Below are positions 37,700 to 48,325 of a stretch of DNA of 64,000 nucleotides, piece after piece. The position numbers and the translations under genes were made by a program. Position 1 is the first letter of the stretch. Each line of letters starts with the position of its first letter. Where the stretch lies: NCBI GenBank assembly GCA_963758495.1, contig CAVWVI010000003.1, positions 1,536,001 to 1,600,000 on the forward strand, in the 5' to 3' direction. Source of the stretch: Oligoflexia bacterium. GTDB lineage: Bacteria; Bdellovibrionota; UBA1018. Below the pieces are notes generated by a model. The model made no database searches. It was not told the DNA's origin and saw only the letters and a list, made by a program, of their open reading frames with translations.

Positions 37700-39049
37700 T
37701 TAGAGACGCACCATCATTGCTGCATTGATACGATTCTCTGAAGTTTGTAAATCAGGTTGAAACCCAGGGATTACGCTTCCGGGTGAGTTTTGGTTTCCTC
37801 CGGGCGGAGTCATGCCACCCGCTCCTGCAAAATAAGGTACATTTGCCTGACGGTGGATATACTCAAGACGGAACGTGATAAACTGACTAGGCATATAATC
37901 AAACGTGACTGAGGTATCCCACGCATTAAAAGGGTCACCAGGAGACTCCGTGAAATAAGGTGTGCCGCTGGAAGCAGTGGCTCCATTGATAGGCGGTAAG
38001 AGCACCAGATATCGACCTGGATTTGTAATTGCACCAGTACCTAGTGTTAAACCAAAACGATCCTTATCAAACCAAAACCTATTATAAGCCATGAAGCCCA
38101 AAAAATACTGAGCAGGGCTAGTTGGATCGTTTCCACCACAACTTACGCCTCCGCCATTTTCACATCCAGCGTCAGCGGTGAGCGAGAATGCTCCCTTACT
38201 GAAGAAATTGCTGGGGTTGTCATAATATTTGACCTGAAGGCTATTATCAGTGTGGATTCGCATCCGACTCGCAATGCCCATCGTGTCATGCCCATAGTAC
38301 TCATTAGAGACAATTGAAACAGATCCGTTTGGCCGCCACAAAAGTTGCCAGCCTACTCCGGGCGCTTCGTTAAATGTACCGTAGGACTGCCAACCGTTTA
38401 CGAGCCAAAACTCGGCTTTAAATTTGTCGCTCGGGAATAATTGAAGGCGTACTCCATTAAAAAACCACGGGGTATTAGCAGAGACATAAGACATTTGATA
38501 TACCCAGTTCTCATAATTATAATAACTACAAAGACCTATGTAAGACATAAAGATTCCCACATCGAGATTGATTCCATTCCAGACGTCCCAATGATATCCG
38601 CCGTAAGCCTCAGATACATAACGATAGGCATTAGAAAGATCCCATTGGCCACGCGATGGGCTTGAATCATTCCGAGGGGTCATGGTTGAGTACATTCCAA
38701 ATTGAGTAAAAAGTCTTCCTCGAATATTTTGATAATGGAAGTCTCCGCCAATACCTAATTGCTCAACCTGGAATTCACCTGTACGTCCTGAGTTTGTTGA
38801 ACCACTCAGGGTGTGATCGTTAGGACTTCTGAAGTCGTATACATAGTTGGTGTCCAAAGAAAACTCACCTGTAAATACCTTGCTGTCGAGAGGAAATTCA
38901 GTCTGACGGCTATTTCCGTTTAACCAAGTAAAGTCTCCAAAAGCGAATGGTTCAGTTGCTGCCTTCACTTCTTGTAGAGATGATAGAATGAACGCACAAC
39001 TTAATGTTCCTAGAAAGAGCGTGCGGTGAAAAAATGAATGCATCAACAT
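37700..39049 (-). CDS. Outer-membrane beta-barrel porin (BBP2/DUF1597-like), copy 1, directly after kdpC (start probably ATG 39049)
   Basis: EPFAFGDFTWLNGNSRQ, EAYGGYHW, GIFMSYIG, ENWVY, TPWFFNG, NGWQ; AAGGAG RBS before the ATG. Confidence 0.82.
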   Translation of the reverse strand: MLMHSFFHRTLFLGTLSCAFILSSLQEVKAATEPFAFGDFTWLNGNSRQTEFPLDSKVFTGEFSLDTNYVYDFRSPNDHTLSGSTNSGRTGEFQVEQLGIGGDFHYQNIRGRLFTQFGMYSTMTPRNDSSPSRGQWDLSNAYRYVSEAYGGYHWDVWNGINLDVGIFMSYIGLCSYYNYENWVYQMSYVSANTPWFFNGVRLQLFPSDKFKAEFWLVNGWQSYGTFNEAPGVGWQLLWRPNGSVSIVSNEYYGHDTMGIASRMRIHTDNSLQVKYYDNPSNFFSKGAFSLTADAGCENGGGVSCGGNDPTSPAQYFLGFMAYNRFWFDKDRFGLTLGTGAITNPGRYLVLLPPINGATASSGTPYFTESPGDPFNAWDTSVTFDYMPSQFITFRLEYIHRQANVPYFAGAGGMTPPGGNQNSPGSVIPGFQPDLQTSENRINAAMMVRL

Positions 39050-39066
39050 AACGAAGGCTCCTTTAA

Positions 39067-39651
39067 TCAAAGATGAAGGTTGTCCAGCTCTATATTTAAA
39101 AGTAGGACATTCACTACAGCATTTCCGAAAAGTCCCAATTGTGGCCCTTCTGTATGGTTTTTGACTAGCTTGCGAAGTTCATTAGTCGAAATTCCTCGTG
39201 CTTGAGCTACGCGGTCGACCTGAGCTTCTGCAGCTTCCGGAGAAATATGAGGATCTAACCCACTTCCAGAACTTGTGACAAGATCAACAGGAATTTCTCC
39301 CTTTTTCAAAGTAGGGTTTTCCATTAATACACGATCAATGTTCGATTTTAGTTCATCTGCCAACTTTTGATTAGTTGGACCAAAATTTGAACCCGAAGAG
39401 TTTGAAGCATCATACCCATTTCCAGTTCCTGCTGCGGAAGGTCTGCCGTGAAAATATTCTCGCTTTGTGAAGGCTTGCCCAATGAGTTTGGCTCCAATAA
39501 TTTTTCCAGCGCTATTGGAAATCATGCCTCCATTCGCTTTCTCATGAAAAAAAATGTTTCCTATAATTGTCACGAGTGCTGGATATACCCCACAAAGTAG
39601 AACTGCGAGGGTGAATGTTGCTACAAAAGAGCGATAGATCAATTTAAACAT
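39067..39651 (-). CDS. kdpC: K+-transporting ATPase subunit C
   Basis: YPALVT, LIGQAF, YFHGRPSA, SSGSNFGP, PVDLVTSSGSGLDPHIS, VNVLLLN. Confidence 0.97.
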   Translation of the reverse strand: MFKLIYRSFVATFTLAVLLCGVYPALVTIIGNIFFHEKANGGMISNSAGKIIGAKLIGQAFTKREYFHGRPSAAGTGNGYDASNSSGSNFGPTNQKLADELKSNIDRVLMENPTLKKGEIPVDLVTSSGSGLDPHISPEAAEAQVDRVAQARGISTNELRKLVKNHTEGPQLGLFGNAVVNVLLLNIELDNLHL

Positions 39652-39661
39652 AATACTCTCC

Positions 39662-41686
39662 TTATGCTAGACCCAGGACAGAAACCAGTACGTCAATAAT
39701 TTTAATACCTATAAAAGGAATGATAATTCCGCCTAACCCGTAAACTAAAATGTTTCTTTGGAGGATTTTAGAAGCTGATTGAGGTCGATATCCAACACCT
39801 CGAAGAGCAAGCGGGATAAGAAAAATAATAATGAGCGCATTAAAGATGACCGCGGAAAGGATTGCACTTTGAGGACTTTTTAAATTCATGATATTGAGGG
39901 AGCCCAAAGCTGGCAGAGTGCTTGCAAAAATGGCAGGGATAATGGCGAAATATTTAGCCACATCATTGGCAATACTAAAGGTAGTTAATGAACCTCGTGT
40001 GATCAAAAGTTGCTTTCCTATTTCTACGATTTCTATCAGTTTCGTAGGGTCAGAATCCAGGTCAATCATATTCCCTGCTTCACGTGCGGCCTGGGTGCCT
40101 GTATTCATAACAAGACCCACATCCGATTGTGCTAATGCTGGGGCATCGTTTGTACCGTCCCCAGACATGGCAACCATTCTTCCCTCTAATTGGTAGCTTT
40201 TAATGAGCTTAAGTTTATCTTCTGGTTTGGCTTCTGAGAGATAATCATCAACTCCAGATTCCTGAGCAATAGCTGCAGCAGTGAGTCGATTGTCTCCTGT
40301 TATCATAACAGTTTTAATGCCCATGGCTCGAATTCGATCAAAGCGATCCCGAATGCCGGGTTTGACAATGTCTTTGAGATGGATCACTCCCATTATTTTC
40401 CCGTTTTTTGCAACGACAAGAGGAGTACCTCCTTGACTTGCAATTCCTTGAACTGCCTTTTCTACAGCTGGGGTAAGCTTTTCTTGAAATCCTTGAGACC
40501 AGCTTTGGATAGCATCCATGGCCCCTTTTCGAATGGAGGTGCCAGGATAGTCTACTCCACTCATTCGAGTTTCTGCAGAGAAAGGTATGACTGTAGCATC
40601 CTTTGGGATCGTGGATTTAATACCCATTTTATTAGCCAAAGTAACAATGGATCTTCCTTCTGGAGTTAAATCGACTGTGGAAGCAATTAACGCAGTTTCT
40701 GCTATTTCGCTGGTACTCACGTTTTCAGCAGGGATAAATGCTGTTGCCATTCGATTTCCAATCGTGATCGTACCCGTCTTATCGAGAAGTAAAACATCAA
40801 CATCGCCGGCAGCTTCAACGGCCCTTCCTGACATTGCCAAAACATTTCTCTGCACAAGGCGATCCATTCCCGCAATTCCTATTGCAGAAAGGAGTCCGCC
40901 AATAGTCGTTGGGATGAGACAAACTAAAAGTGATACTAATATGACTAAGGAAACAGGTGTATTTGCGTAAGTAGCAAAAGGTCTGAGAGTCACAGTGGCC
41001 AAAAGAAAAACAAGAGTGAGCCCCGCTAATAAAATATTCAGAGCAATTTCGTTAGGAGTCTTCTGCCGTACTGCCCCTTCGACTAAAGCGATCATTCGAT
41101 CTAAAAACGATTCACCTGGATTCGTAGTGATTTGAATCACAATTTCATCCGACAGTACGGTAGTCCCTCCAGTGACAGCACTGCGGTCTCCTCCCGCTTC
41201 GCGAATTACCGGCGCAGATTCCCCAGTAATGGCGGATTCATCTATAGAGGCCACTCCTTCGATGACGGTGCCATCAGCCGGAATCACTTGGCCTGCCTCA
41301 ACCACTACGAAATCTTCTTTTCTCAGTGCTGAAGAAGGGACAGATTCTATTACGCCATTTTTCGTACGTCTCTGGGCCATGGTTTCAGTACGAGCTCGTC
41401 TAAGATTATCCGCTTGTGCTTTCCCTCGGCCTTCTGCCATTGCTTCTGCAAAATTGGCGAAAAGTACGGTGAACCATAGCCAAAGGGTAATCTGTCCGCT
41501 AAAAAGTGCTTCGTGTTTTCGACCGGAAACGCAGTCAGAAATGAATGCGATGGTGGTAAGAACACTCCCGACTTCGACCACAAACATGACCGGATTTTTC
41601 ATCAATATTTTTGGGTTTAGTTTTTTGAATGAATCTTTGATTGCAGGCTTAACGAGGGCGGGATTCCAAATTGATGAGTTTATCAT
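39662..41686 (-). CDS. kdpB: K+-transporting P-type ATPase subunit B
   Basis: [45 protein letters not shown]. Confidence 0.98.
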   Translation of the reverse strand: MINSSIWNPALVKPAIKDSFKKLNPKILMKNPVMFVVEVGSVLTTIAFISDCVSGRKHEALFSGQITLWLWFTVLFANFAEAMAEGRGKAQADNLRRARTETMAQRRTKNGVIESVPSSALRKEDFVVVEAGQVIPADGTVIEGVASIDESAITGESAPVIREAGGDRSAVTGGTTVLSDEIVIQITTNPGESFLDRMIALVEGAVRQKTPNEIALNILLAGLTLVFLLATVTLRPFATYANTPVSLVILVSLLVCLIPTTIGGLLSAIGIAGMDRLVQRNVLAMSGRAVEAAGDVDVLLLDKTGTITIGNRMATAFIPAENVSTSEIAETALIASTVDLTPEGRSIVTLANKMGIKSTIPKDATVIPFSAETRMSGVDYPGTSIRKGAMDAIQSWSQGFQEKLTPAVEKAVQGIASQGGTPLVVAKNGKIMGVIHLKDIVKPGIRDRFDRIRAMGIKTVMITGDNRLTAAAIAQESGVDDYLSEAKPEDKLKLIKSYQLEGRMVAMSGDGTNDAPALAQSDVGLVMNTGTQAAREAGNMIDLDSDPTKLIEIVEIGKQLLITRGSLTTFSIANDVAKYFAIIPAIFASTLPALGSLNIMNLKSPQSAILSAVIFNALIIIFLIPLALRGVGYRPQSASKILQRNILVYGLGGIIIPFIGIKIIDVLVSVLGLA

Positions 41687-41706
41687 AAAACATCTCCATA
41701 TTAAGA

Positions 41707-43416
41707 CTATTTATAAAAATGGCCATGCAGCATGTCAAAATGCTCGGCGATTGGACCTAATGAAAGGGCGGGGAAAAAAGTGAGAGCTCCCACTAAAATG
41801 ATAACGCCAATGAGAAGACACACAAAGAGTGGGCCATCTACTGGGAAGGTCCCCTCGCCTCCGGGATGAATTCTTTTCTTCACCATGGATCCAGCCACTG
41901 CCAGCATAGGAATCATCATGAAAAACCGCCCAAAAAACATTGCGAATGCTAATGTGAGATTCCAAAAGGGAGTGTTTGTAGATAACCCGCCGAATGCACT
42001 TCCATTATTTCCCGTTGCTGAAGTGTAAGCATACAAAATTTCAGAAAATCCATGTCCTGCTGGATTACCCAATCCTGTCAAAGCAGATGAATCAAGAGAA
42101 CCCCAAGCTGTAAAACCTAATATAGAAAGAGCCATCACGATCATGGAAAACATGACATATTTGACTTCTCTTCCTTCAATTTTTTTCCCTAAATATTCTG
42201 GCGTTCTCCCAACCATGAGTCCCGCTATGAAAACAGTGAGAATGACATACATCAGCATTCCATAAAGTCCAGAACCCACGCCCCCAAAAATGACTTCGCT
42301 TAGCATGATATTTATAAGTGGAACCATTCCACCCAAAGGAGTGAAACTATCATGCATGGCATTAACTGCTCCACAGGAAGCGTCTGTTGTGATTGTGGCA
42401 AATAAAGCGGAGTTAAATATTCCAAATCGAGTGTCTTTCCCCTCCATATTAGCGGAATTGGAGCAGCCCATGCTTTTAAAAATTGGATTTCCTTGATATT
42501 CAAAATGAGTACATAAAACTGCACCTGTGACAAAAACAATTGCCATGGCTGCCCAGATAGCCCAACCGTGTCGGATATTTTTTACTGTTTTACCCAACAA
42601 ATAAACAAGCCCGCTCGGTATTAAAAAGATTGAAAGCATTTGAATAAAATTAGAAAGAGGGGTGGGGTTCTCGTAAGGATGAGCTGCATTGGCATTAAAG
42701 AAACCACCTCCATTAGTTCCTAACATTTTTATAGCGACCTGGGAGGCTACTGGCCCTTGTGCAATGGTTTGCTTTAAGCCTTCTAAAGTGGTTACCTCTT
42801 GATAAGGGAGAAAGTTCTGGATCATGCCTTGTGAGATTAAAAAAACAGCAAAAAGGATACAAATCGGAAGTAAGAGGTAAAGATTCGCACGAATCATATC
42901 TGTCCAAAAATTTCCAATCCCTTTTCCCTCTTTTTTAGCAAGTGAGCGAATGAGAGCGACCGCCACTGAGATTCCTACTGAGGCTGAGATAAAGTTCTGA
43001 AAGGCAAGCCCGACCATTTGAGAAAAATAGCTCATGGTACTTTCGCCGCTGTAAGATTGCCAGTTCGTGTTTGTAGTAAAACTCATGGCGGTATTGAAAG
43101 CGAGATGAGGAGCAATTACCCCTTCAGACGCAGGGTTGAGAGGTAAATAGTGTTGAAGTCGTAAAACTGCATAAGTAAAGGCAAGGGTAATGGCACTAAA
43201 AACGATGAGGTGAATTGAATATTGAGTCCAATGTTGATCTTCATTTGGGTCATAACCGATGAGACGGGAGAATAATCGCTCAATAGGACCGAAGACAGGA
43301 GATAAAAAGGTAGCCTGTCCATTGAATACCCGTGCCATGTAGATTCCGAGGGGCTTTGCCGTCAGGAAAAGTATAAAAATAAAAAGTAACAGCTGAAAAC
43401 TGTCTCGCAGAGTCAT
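41707..43416 (-). CDS. kdpA: K+-transporting ATPase subunit A (canonical operon copy)
   Basis: Canonical filters [35 protein letters not shown]. Confidence 0.98.
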   Translation of the reverse strand: MTLRDSFQLLLFIFILFLTAKPLGIYMARVFNGQATFLSPVFGPIERLFSRLIGYDPNEDQHWTQYSIHLIVFSAITLAFTYAVLRLQHYLPLNPASEGVIAPHLAFNTAMSFTTNTNWQSYSGESTMSYFSQMVGLAFQNFISASVGISVAVALIRSLAKKEGKGIGNFWTDMIRANLYLLLPICILFAVFLISQGMIQNFLPYQEVTTLEGLKQTIAQGPVASQVAIKMLGTNGGGFFNANAAHPYENPTPLSNFIQMLSIFLIPSGLVYLLGKTVKNIRHGWAIWAAMAIVFVTGAVLCTHFEYQGNPIFKSMGCSNSANMEGKDTRFGIFNSALFATITTDASCGAVNAMHDSFTPLGGMVPLINIMLSEVIFGGVGSGLYGMLMYVILTVFIAGLMVGRTPEYLGKKIEGREVKYVMFSMIVMALSILGFTAWGSLDSSALTGLGNPAGHGFSEILYAYTSATGNNGSAFGGLSTNTPFWNLTLAFAMFFGRFFMMIPMLAVAGSMVKKRIHPGGEGTFPVDGPLFVCLLIGVIILVGALTFFPALSLGPIAEHFDMLHGHFYK

Positions 43417-43428
43417 AACTAACCTCAG

Positions 43429-43518
43429 TTAAAATCTTTCTGGATTGATCAAAGCATAGAGTAAATAAATAAATACAAGGCCCGATACTACTAATAGTCC
43501 GATATCAACAATCGTCAT
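43429..43518 (-). CDS. kdpF: KdpF peptide, 29 aa: MTIVDIGLLVVSGLVFIYLLYALINPERF (not in the ORF track)
   Basis: Translated by hand; hallmark YL.YAL..PE.F C-terminus; GAGG RBS; 12 bp before kdpA. Confidence 0.93.
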   Translation of the reverse strand: MTIVDIGLLVVSGLVFIYLLYALINPERF

Positions 43519-43535
43519 ATTTTCCTCTCACTCAA

Positions 43536-43622
43536 TTATTTCAGCTTCTCACAAGCTTTAATAAATCCAATTCCTGCACCGAAACAGATGAGTAAGAAAC
43601 ATAAATTCATTAGATCAGTCAT
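43536..43622 (-). CDS. Second hydrophobic peptide, 28 aa: MTDLMNLCFLLICFGAGIGFIKACEKLK (KdpZ-like; not in the ORF track)
   Basis: Translated by hand; AAGGA RBS; single TM segment with a C-terminal CEKL; first ORF of the kdp transcript. Confidence 0.75.
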   Translation of the reverse strand: MTDLMNLCFLLICFGAGIGFIKACEKLK

Positions 43623-43672
43623 AAGACCCAATCCTTCTCAAATTAAATGCATTATGTTCTAAGTTCCCACAC

Positions 43673-43689
43673 AGCAAAGTCTGGGCCAA
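43673..43689 (-). promoter_or_regulatory. Sigma-54 promoter of the kdp operon
   Basis: Minus strand TTGGCCCAGACTTTGCT = TGGC-N7-TTGCT, about 50 bp upstream of the first ORF; an NtrC-family activator is encoded divergently. Confidence 0.8.
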
Positions 43690-43773
43690 TTTAACTTAAA
43701 ATATTTGAAATGGAAGTCTATTCGTGATTTTAACTCCATTAAAAAGAAATAAGTGCGGATGGGCATAAAGAAG

Positions 43774-43811
43774 TATTACAAAATTTAATGTGGCATTCTA
43801 TTATTGTAATA
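43774..43811. promoter_or_regulatory. Candidate upstream activator sequence (inverted repeat)
   Basis: TATTACAA-N22-TTGTAATA, 85-122 bp upstream of the -24 element. Confidence 0.5.
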
Positions 43812-43936
43812 ATGATGACCCATTTAGATATTTTAATATTATTTATATATTCATCCACTTTTAGGCGAAATTTTGAAAAAACTCAGGTAAAGTCTGGACT
43901 TGTTTCAAATACTGTTTTTCATTAATCTCGCAGATT

Positions 43937-45067
43937 ATGGTAAATCAATTTGATGAGATTCTCGAGCGCCGAAAAAAGGGCTCTTTAAAGATATACCTCG
44001 GCTATGCCGCAGGTGTGGGTAAAACCTATGCTATGTTACAAGAAGCCCACCGCTTAAAGTCGCGTGGTTTTGACGTGGTGATTGGTTATTTAGAATCCCA
44101 TGATCGTGCTGATACAATCAACCAGATATTCGACTTGGAGGTGGTTCCGCGCCGCTATTTTACTTTCGGAGAACGATCTTGCGAGGAAATGGATATAGTT
44201 GGCGTCATTAAGCGGAAGCCTCAGATTGTGTTAGTCGATGAGCTCGCTCACACAAATGCTCCAGGGTCGAAAAACGAAAAGCGTTACCAAGATATTCTCG
44301 AGTTATTAGATCAGGAAATCAATGTTATTTCGACCATGAACGTCCAGCATTTGGAATCGGTAGCAGATAAGGTGAGTACTGGAACGGGGGCTGTTATTAG
44401 AGAGCGAGTACCTGACCTTATATTACAAAGAGCAGATCAAATTGTTAATGTCGACGTCTCCATTGAAGACTTGAGAGAAAGACTTAGAACTGGAAAAATT
44501 TACAAACAAGATCAAGCAGAGCGCGCACTTTTAAATTTTTTTTCCAATGCAAATCTCTCTATGCTGAGAGAATCGGTACTTAAAGAGGCGGCAGGAGATC
44601 AAAATAGAAGAATTGACGAACAGGCTCTTTTATCTCAGCAGGCTGCAAAACTTTCTCATGAGACTGTAATGGTATGTTTGAGTTCTGATCCAACCAATGC
44701 AGAAGTTCTCATCAGGCGCGGAACTAAAATGGCCGTTCAACTCTCAAGTCGCTGTTTTGTAGTTTATGTTCAAAGAAAAGCAGAACGCCCAACGACTATT
44801 GATGCGGCTCTTCAAAGAAAAATACAGAATAATCTTACTTTGGCAAAACAGCTTGGGGCTGAGGTAGTGACTCTTCAGGGAGATGATATCTCAGACGTAT
44901 TGGTTAATTTTGCGAGTGAAAATAATGTCCGCCATGCAGTATTTGGAAAATCTCGATTGTCGCCAATTAAAGAACGAATAAGAGGATCCGTAATCTTGAA
45001 TTTTACTTATGATGGCGTGGGTGTAGATGTACATATTCTAAGTACTATTGAAGGAAAACTTTCATGA
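43937..45067 (+). CDS. kdpD: Stand-alone KdpD N-terminal sensor (KdpD domain plus Usp domain); no TM or kinase part
   Basis: GSLKIYLGYAAGVGKTYAML, LVDELAHTN, KRYQDI, NVQHLES, RERVPD; Usp-like C-terminus VMVCLS...LAKQLGAEV...FGKS. Confidence 0.92.
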   Translation: MVNQFDEILERRKKGSLKIYLGYAAGVGKTYAMLQEAHRLKSRGFDVVIGYLESHDRADTINQIFDLEVVPRRYFTFGERSCEEMDIVGVIKRKPQIVLVDELAHTNAPGSKNEKRYQDILELLDQEINVISTMNVQHLESVADKVSTGTGAVIRERVPDLILQRADQIVNVDVSIEDLRERLRTGKIYKQDQAERALLNFFSNANLSMLRESVLKEAAGDQNRRIDEQALLSQQAAKLSHETVMVCLSSDPTNAEVLIRRGTKMAVQLSSRCFVVYVQRKAERPTTIDAALQRKIQNNLTLAKQLGAEVVTLQGDDISDVLVNFASENNVRHAVFGKSRLSPIKERIRGSVILNFTYDGVGVDVHILSTIEGKLS

Positions 45068-46830
45068 AACCTATTGAGCCAATCTTTTCTTATCCTCCCC
45101 TGAGAAAAATTGTATTCAAACACTCACTCTTAATTATTGGCCTTTATACATTAGTGGGTGTGGTCATGATGGGAGCAGTCTTCTTGGCTAGCGGAATAAC
45201 ACCTAAGTTGATTCATTTGAATTATGATTCGATTGCAGCGGCAACGCAAATGAATACCGCTTGGGAAGCTCTTAAAAATCCGCAAGATCATAATGAAAAG
45301 CCTCAGATTGCATGGATCAAGGAATTTGATGACGCAATCTCATTTGAAGATCGCAATATTTCTGAACCTGGTGAGCAAAAAATTGCAAAAAATATTCGAA
45401 ATTTATGGATTACAGCTCAAAAGAATATCAATCAAATTGATCCACTCACCTTTAAAGAGATGAGATCCTATTTGAGTGAGTTAATTCACATCAATGAAGT
45501 CGGGATGTTTAATTTAGCGATAGACAGCAATATATTAAGTCATCGTGCCTTTATTGTAAGTACATTGCTTTTTGTCTTTTCAATTTTATTATCCCTCTAT
45601 TTAGCAGATAATCTTGCGATTACTATTACTACTCCAATAAAGGAACTTGCGGAAACACTGAGGCGTAAACCTCTTCCTGGTTCTAAGCTTAAGCTCCCAA
45701 AACCCACAAGTCTGGAAATGCGAATATTCACTCATGAAATGTTACAGCTCTGGGAGCGGGTTTCAGAGCTTCAGAAACTCAATTTGGAAAAGATATTTTC
45801 CCAGGGGAAAAAACTAGAAGCCGTATTATCATCAGTTGATGATGCTATTTTAGTTTTAGATAATCAAGATCAAGTCATTCATTGCAATCAAGGCATGGTT
45901 AAGTTAATTGGCTTGGATTTGAGTGACATCCTGGGTCAATGCTGGCAAGATCTCCCATCATTGAGTGCGAATTACATTCAACTGAGAAATTTGTTAAAAC
46001 CTGATATTATAAGCGATCAAGTCGCTGAGTTTGAGTTAGATCAAAGAATGAGAGTGTTTTCAGGTAGGTGTCGTCCATTCTTTGATGAGCAAGGACGCCA
46101 AATTGGATCCATTTATCTCCTTCATGATATAACGGAAATTCGACAAAAAGATCGACTCAAAGCTGAATTTATTGGGGTCCTTTCTCATGAACTTAAAACT
46201 CCACTTCAATCCTTAGGAACCGCATCTGAAATCCTCTTTGAGCGAAGAAATAAATTGGAAGAGGAGGAGAAAATGCTTCTCGAAACGATACATGAAGATG
46301 TAGGTCGAATCCGTGCAGTAGCAAATGAATTTGTCCAAGTAGGGTTGGTGGATCTTCACTCTTTGAGGCTTAAACTTGAAAAAGTGCCTATGAGCGATTT
46401 TCTTCCTCAATGGATACAGCCTTTTCAAGTTTTGGCAAAAGACAAAAATATAAAAGTACAATTTATCAAGGAAGGCTCTAACGTTATATTAGCTCAGATT
46501 GATACGGTAAAATTTCCCTGGTCAATTTCTAATCTGATTTCAAATGCAATTAGGGTATCACCCTTAGACGGGACAGTCATTGTTCGTTTGTCGGATCGAG
46601 AAAGTAGGGTAGATATTGACGTTATAGATGAAGGTCCTGGAATTTCTGAAGAAAATCAGAAAAAAATATTTGATCCTTATTTTCAAGGGAGCAAGGAATT
46701 GAGTGGTTTCTTAGGGCTGGGGCTAACCATTACTAAGGAGGTTGTTGAGGCACATGAAGGGCGAATTGAATACTATCCGAAACAACCTTACGGCTCTATT
46801 TTTAGAATTTCTCTGCCTTTGCCAGTGTGA
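45064..46830 (+). CDS. Membrane sensor histidine kinase (periplasmic domain, HAMP-like, PAS, HisKA, HATPase)
   Basis: Two TM helices, VDDAILVLD PAS, LSHELKTPL, NLISNA, DEGPGI, GLGL; ATGA overlap with kdpD. Confidence 0.93.
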   Translation: MKPIEPIFSYPPLRKIVFKHSLLIIGLYTLVGVVMMGAVFLASGITPKLIHLNYDSIAAATQMNTAWEALKNPQDHNEKPQIAWIKEFDDAISFEDRNISEPGEQKIAKNIRNLWITAQKNINQIDPLTFKEMRSYLSELIHINEVGMFNLAIDSNILSHRAFIVSTLLFVFSILLSLYLADNLAITITTPIKELAETLRRKPLPGSKLKLPKPTSLEMRIFTHEMLQLWERVSELQKLNLEKIFSQGKKLEAVLSSVDDAILVLDNQDQVIHCNQGMVKLIGLDLSDILGQCWQDLPSLSANYIQLRNLLKPDIISDQVAEFELDQRMRVFSGRCRPFFDEQGRQIGSIYLLHDITEIRQKDRLKAEFIGVLSHELKTPLQSLGTASEILFERRNKLEEEEKMLLETIHEDVGRIRAVANEFVQVGLVDLHSLRLKLEKVPMSDFLPQWIQPFQVLAKDKNIKVQFIKEGSNVILAQIDTVKFPWSISNLISNAIRVSPLDGTVIVRLSDRESRVDIDVIDEGPGISEENQKKIFDPYFQGSKELSGFLGLGLTITKEVVEAHEGRIEYYPKQPYGSIFRISLPLPV

Positions 46831-48212
46831 AGGATTCTAAAAATGGAAGGGATTTAAATATGGCGACCGATAATTTTCTTAAAGTACTCTTAGTGGACGA
46901 TGATTTAAATATATGCCGGACCCTGAATATTAGTTTGAAATCTTTAGATTGTAGAGTAACCCAGGCCCATTCTGTTACCGAAGCTACAGTCATTCTTAAA
47001 AGTCAAACCTTTGATTTAATCCTGACCGATTTTCGAATGGGAGACTCAACTGGAAGTGATTTAATTAAAGAGGCAAAGAAGTTGGATCCTCAATGCCTTA
47101 TTGCGGTCATGACTGCTTTTGCTTCGATCGATAATGCAATTGAAGTCACTAAAGTCGGTGCATTTGATTACCTTCCAAAGCCGTTTACACAGACTCAGCT
47201 CACTCATTTACTCAAAAAAGTAAAATTAGTTGTTTCATTAAAACAAGAGAATGAAAGATTAAAGAGATCCGAAGGTAATCGTCTTCTTTTTTCAGGTTTT
47301 ACTTCGGTAGCTAATCAAAGACTGGAGGAATTTGTAAACAAAGTAGCTCCTACGGATGCTACAATATTGCTTACAGGTGAGAGTGGAACAGGTAAAACGG
47401 AGCTTGCTCGGCTTCTTCATCAAAGATCTCAACGAAGTTCTAAGCCCTTTATAGTAGTTAATTGTACAAGTCTTGCTGAATCTCTTTTAGAGTCAGAAAT
47501 ATTTGGCCATGTTAAAGGAGCTTTTACAGGAGCTATTCAAGATAAAACGGGAAAATTTGAATTAGCCAATCATGGCACGCTTTTTTTGGATGAAATTGGA
47601 GATTTATCATTAAATTCTCAATCAAAACTTCTTCGTTTTTTACAAGAGAAGGTCATTGAAAGAGTGGGAAGTAATCACAGTATTTGTATTGATACAAGGG
47701 TCGTTGCAGCCACCAATAAAAACCTAATTGAAGCGGTGGAGCGTGGTCAATTTCGAGAGGACCTTTATTATCGGCTTAATATTTTTGAATGCACCTTAGT
47801 GCCCATTCGTCATCGCAGGGAAGATCTTCCTGTCTTAATTCAAAAATTTATTATGGAGTTCAGTAGGTTAGCTCACCTGCCTCAACCTCCTTTTATTTCC
47901 GAAAATGTTATGGAAACTTTATTAAAGTACAGCTGGCCAGGAAATATACGAGAAATCAGAAATGTTATGGAGCGCGTAATACTCCTTTCCGCAGGTAGAG
48001 AAGTTAAAATGAGTGACCTGCCTGATCAGATCGTCATCCCAAGAAAGACGTCATTATTTAAAAGTGAATCTCTCTTACCTCTTGCTGAAATAGAGCGTGC
48101 CCATATCAGCAAAATTTTGGAATTAGAGCCAAATCAAGAAAAAGCAGCCGAAATTTTAGGCATCACTAAAGTCACTCTTTGGAGAAAGCGGAAAGAGTAT
48201 GGGTTGCCTTAA
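46827..48212 (+). CDS. Sigma-54-dependent NtrC-family response regulator
   Basis: Receiver LVDDD..LTDFRM..KP; GESGTGKT, GAFTGA, LFLDEIG, FREDLYYRL, WPGNIRE; Fis-type HTH AAEILGI...LWRK. Confidence 0.96.
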   Translation: MKDSKNGRDLNMATDNFLKVLLVDDDLNICRTLNISLKSLDCRVTQAHSVTEATVILKSQTFDLILTDFRMGDSTGSDLIKEAKKLDPQCLIAVMTAFASIDNAIEVTKVGAFDYLPKPFTQTQLTHLLKKVKLVVSLKQENERLKRSEGNRLLFSGFTSVANQRLEEFVNKVAPTDATILLTGESGTGKTELARLLHQRSQRSSKPFIVVNCTSLAESLLESEIFGHVKGAFTGAIQDKTGKFELANHGTLFLDEIGDLSLNSQSKLLRFLQEKVIERVGSNHSICIDTRVVAATNKNLIEAVERGQFREDLYYRLNIFECTLVPIRHRREDLPVLIQKFIMEFSRLAHLPQPPFISENVMETLLKYSWPGNIREIRNVMERVILLSAGREVKMSDLPDQIVIPRKTSLFKSESLLPLAEIERAHISKILELEPNQEKAAEILGITKVTLWRKRKEYGLP

Positions 48213-48325
48213 TTAGATAAAATAAGTCAATTTTTAAAAAACTTAAGCACTCGATGCTTCTAAGTTAGATAGCTTTTACTATAAAAGTATATAAAATAAA
48301 ATATCATGCTTCAAAGGAGAAATGT

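Noticed and set aside
41172..41783. 203-aa plus-strand ORF
   Set aside because: Antisense shadow of kdpB/kdpA with no motif; the same applies to the many short ORFs nested in long genes.
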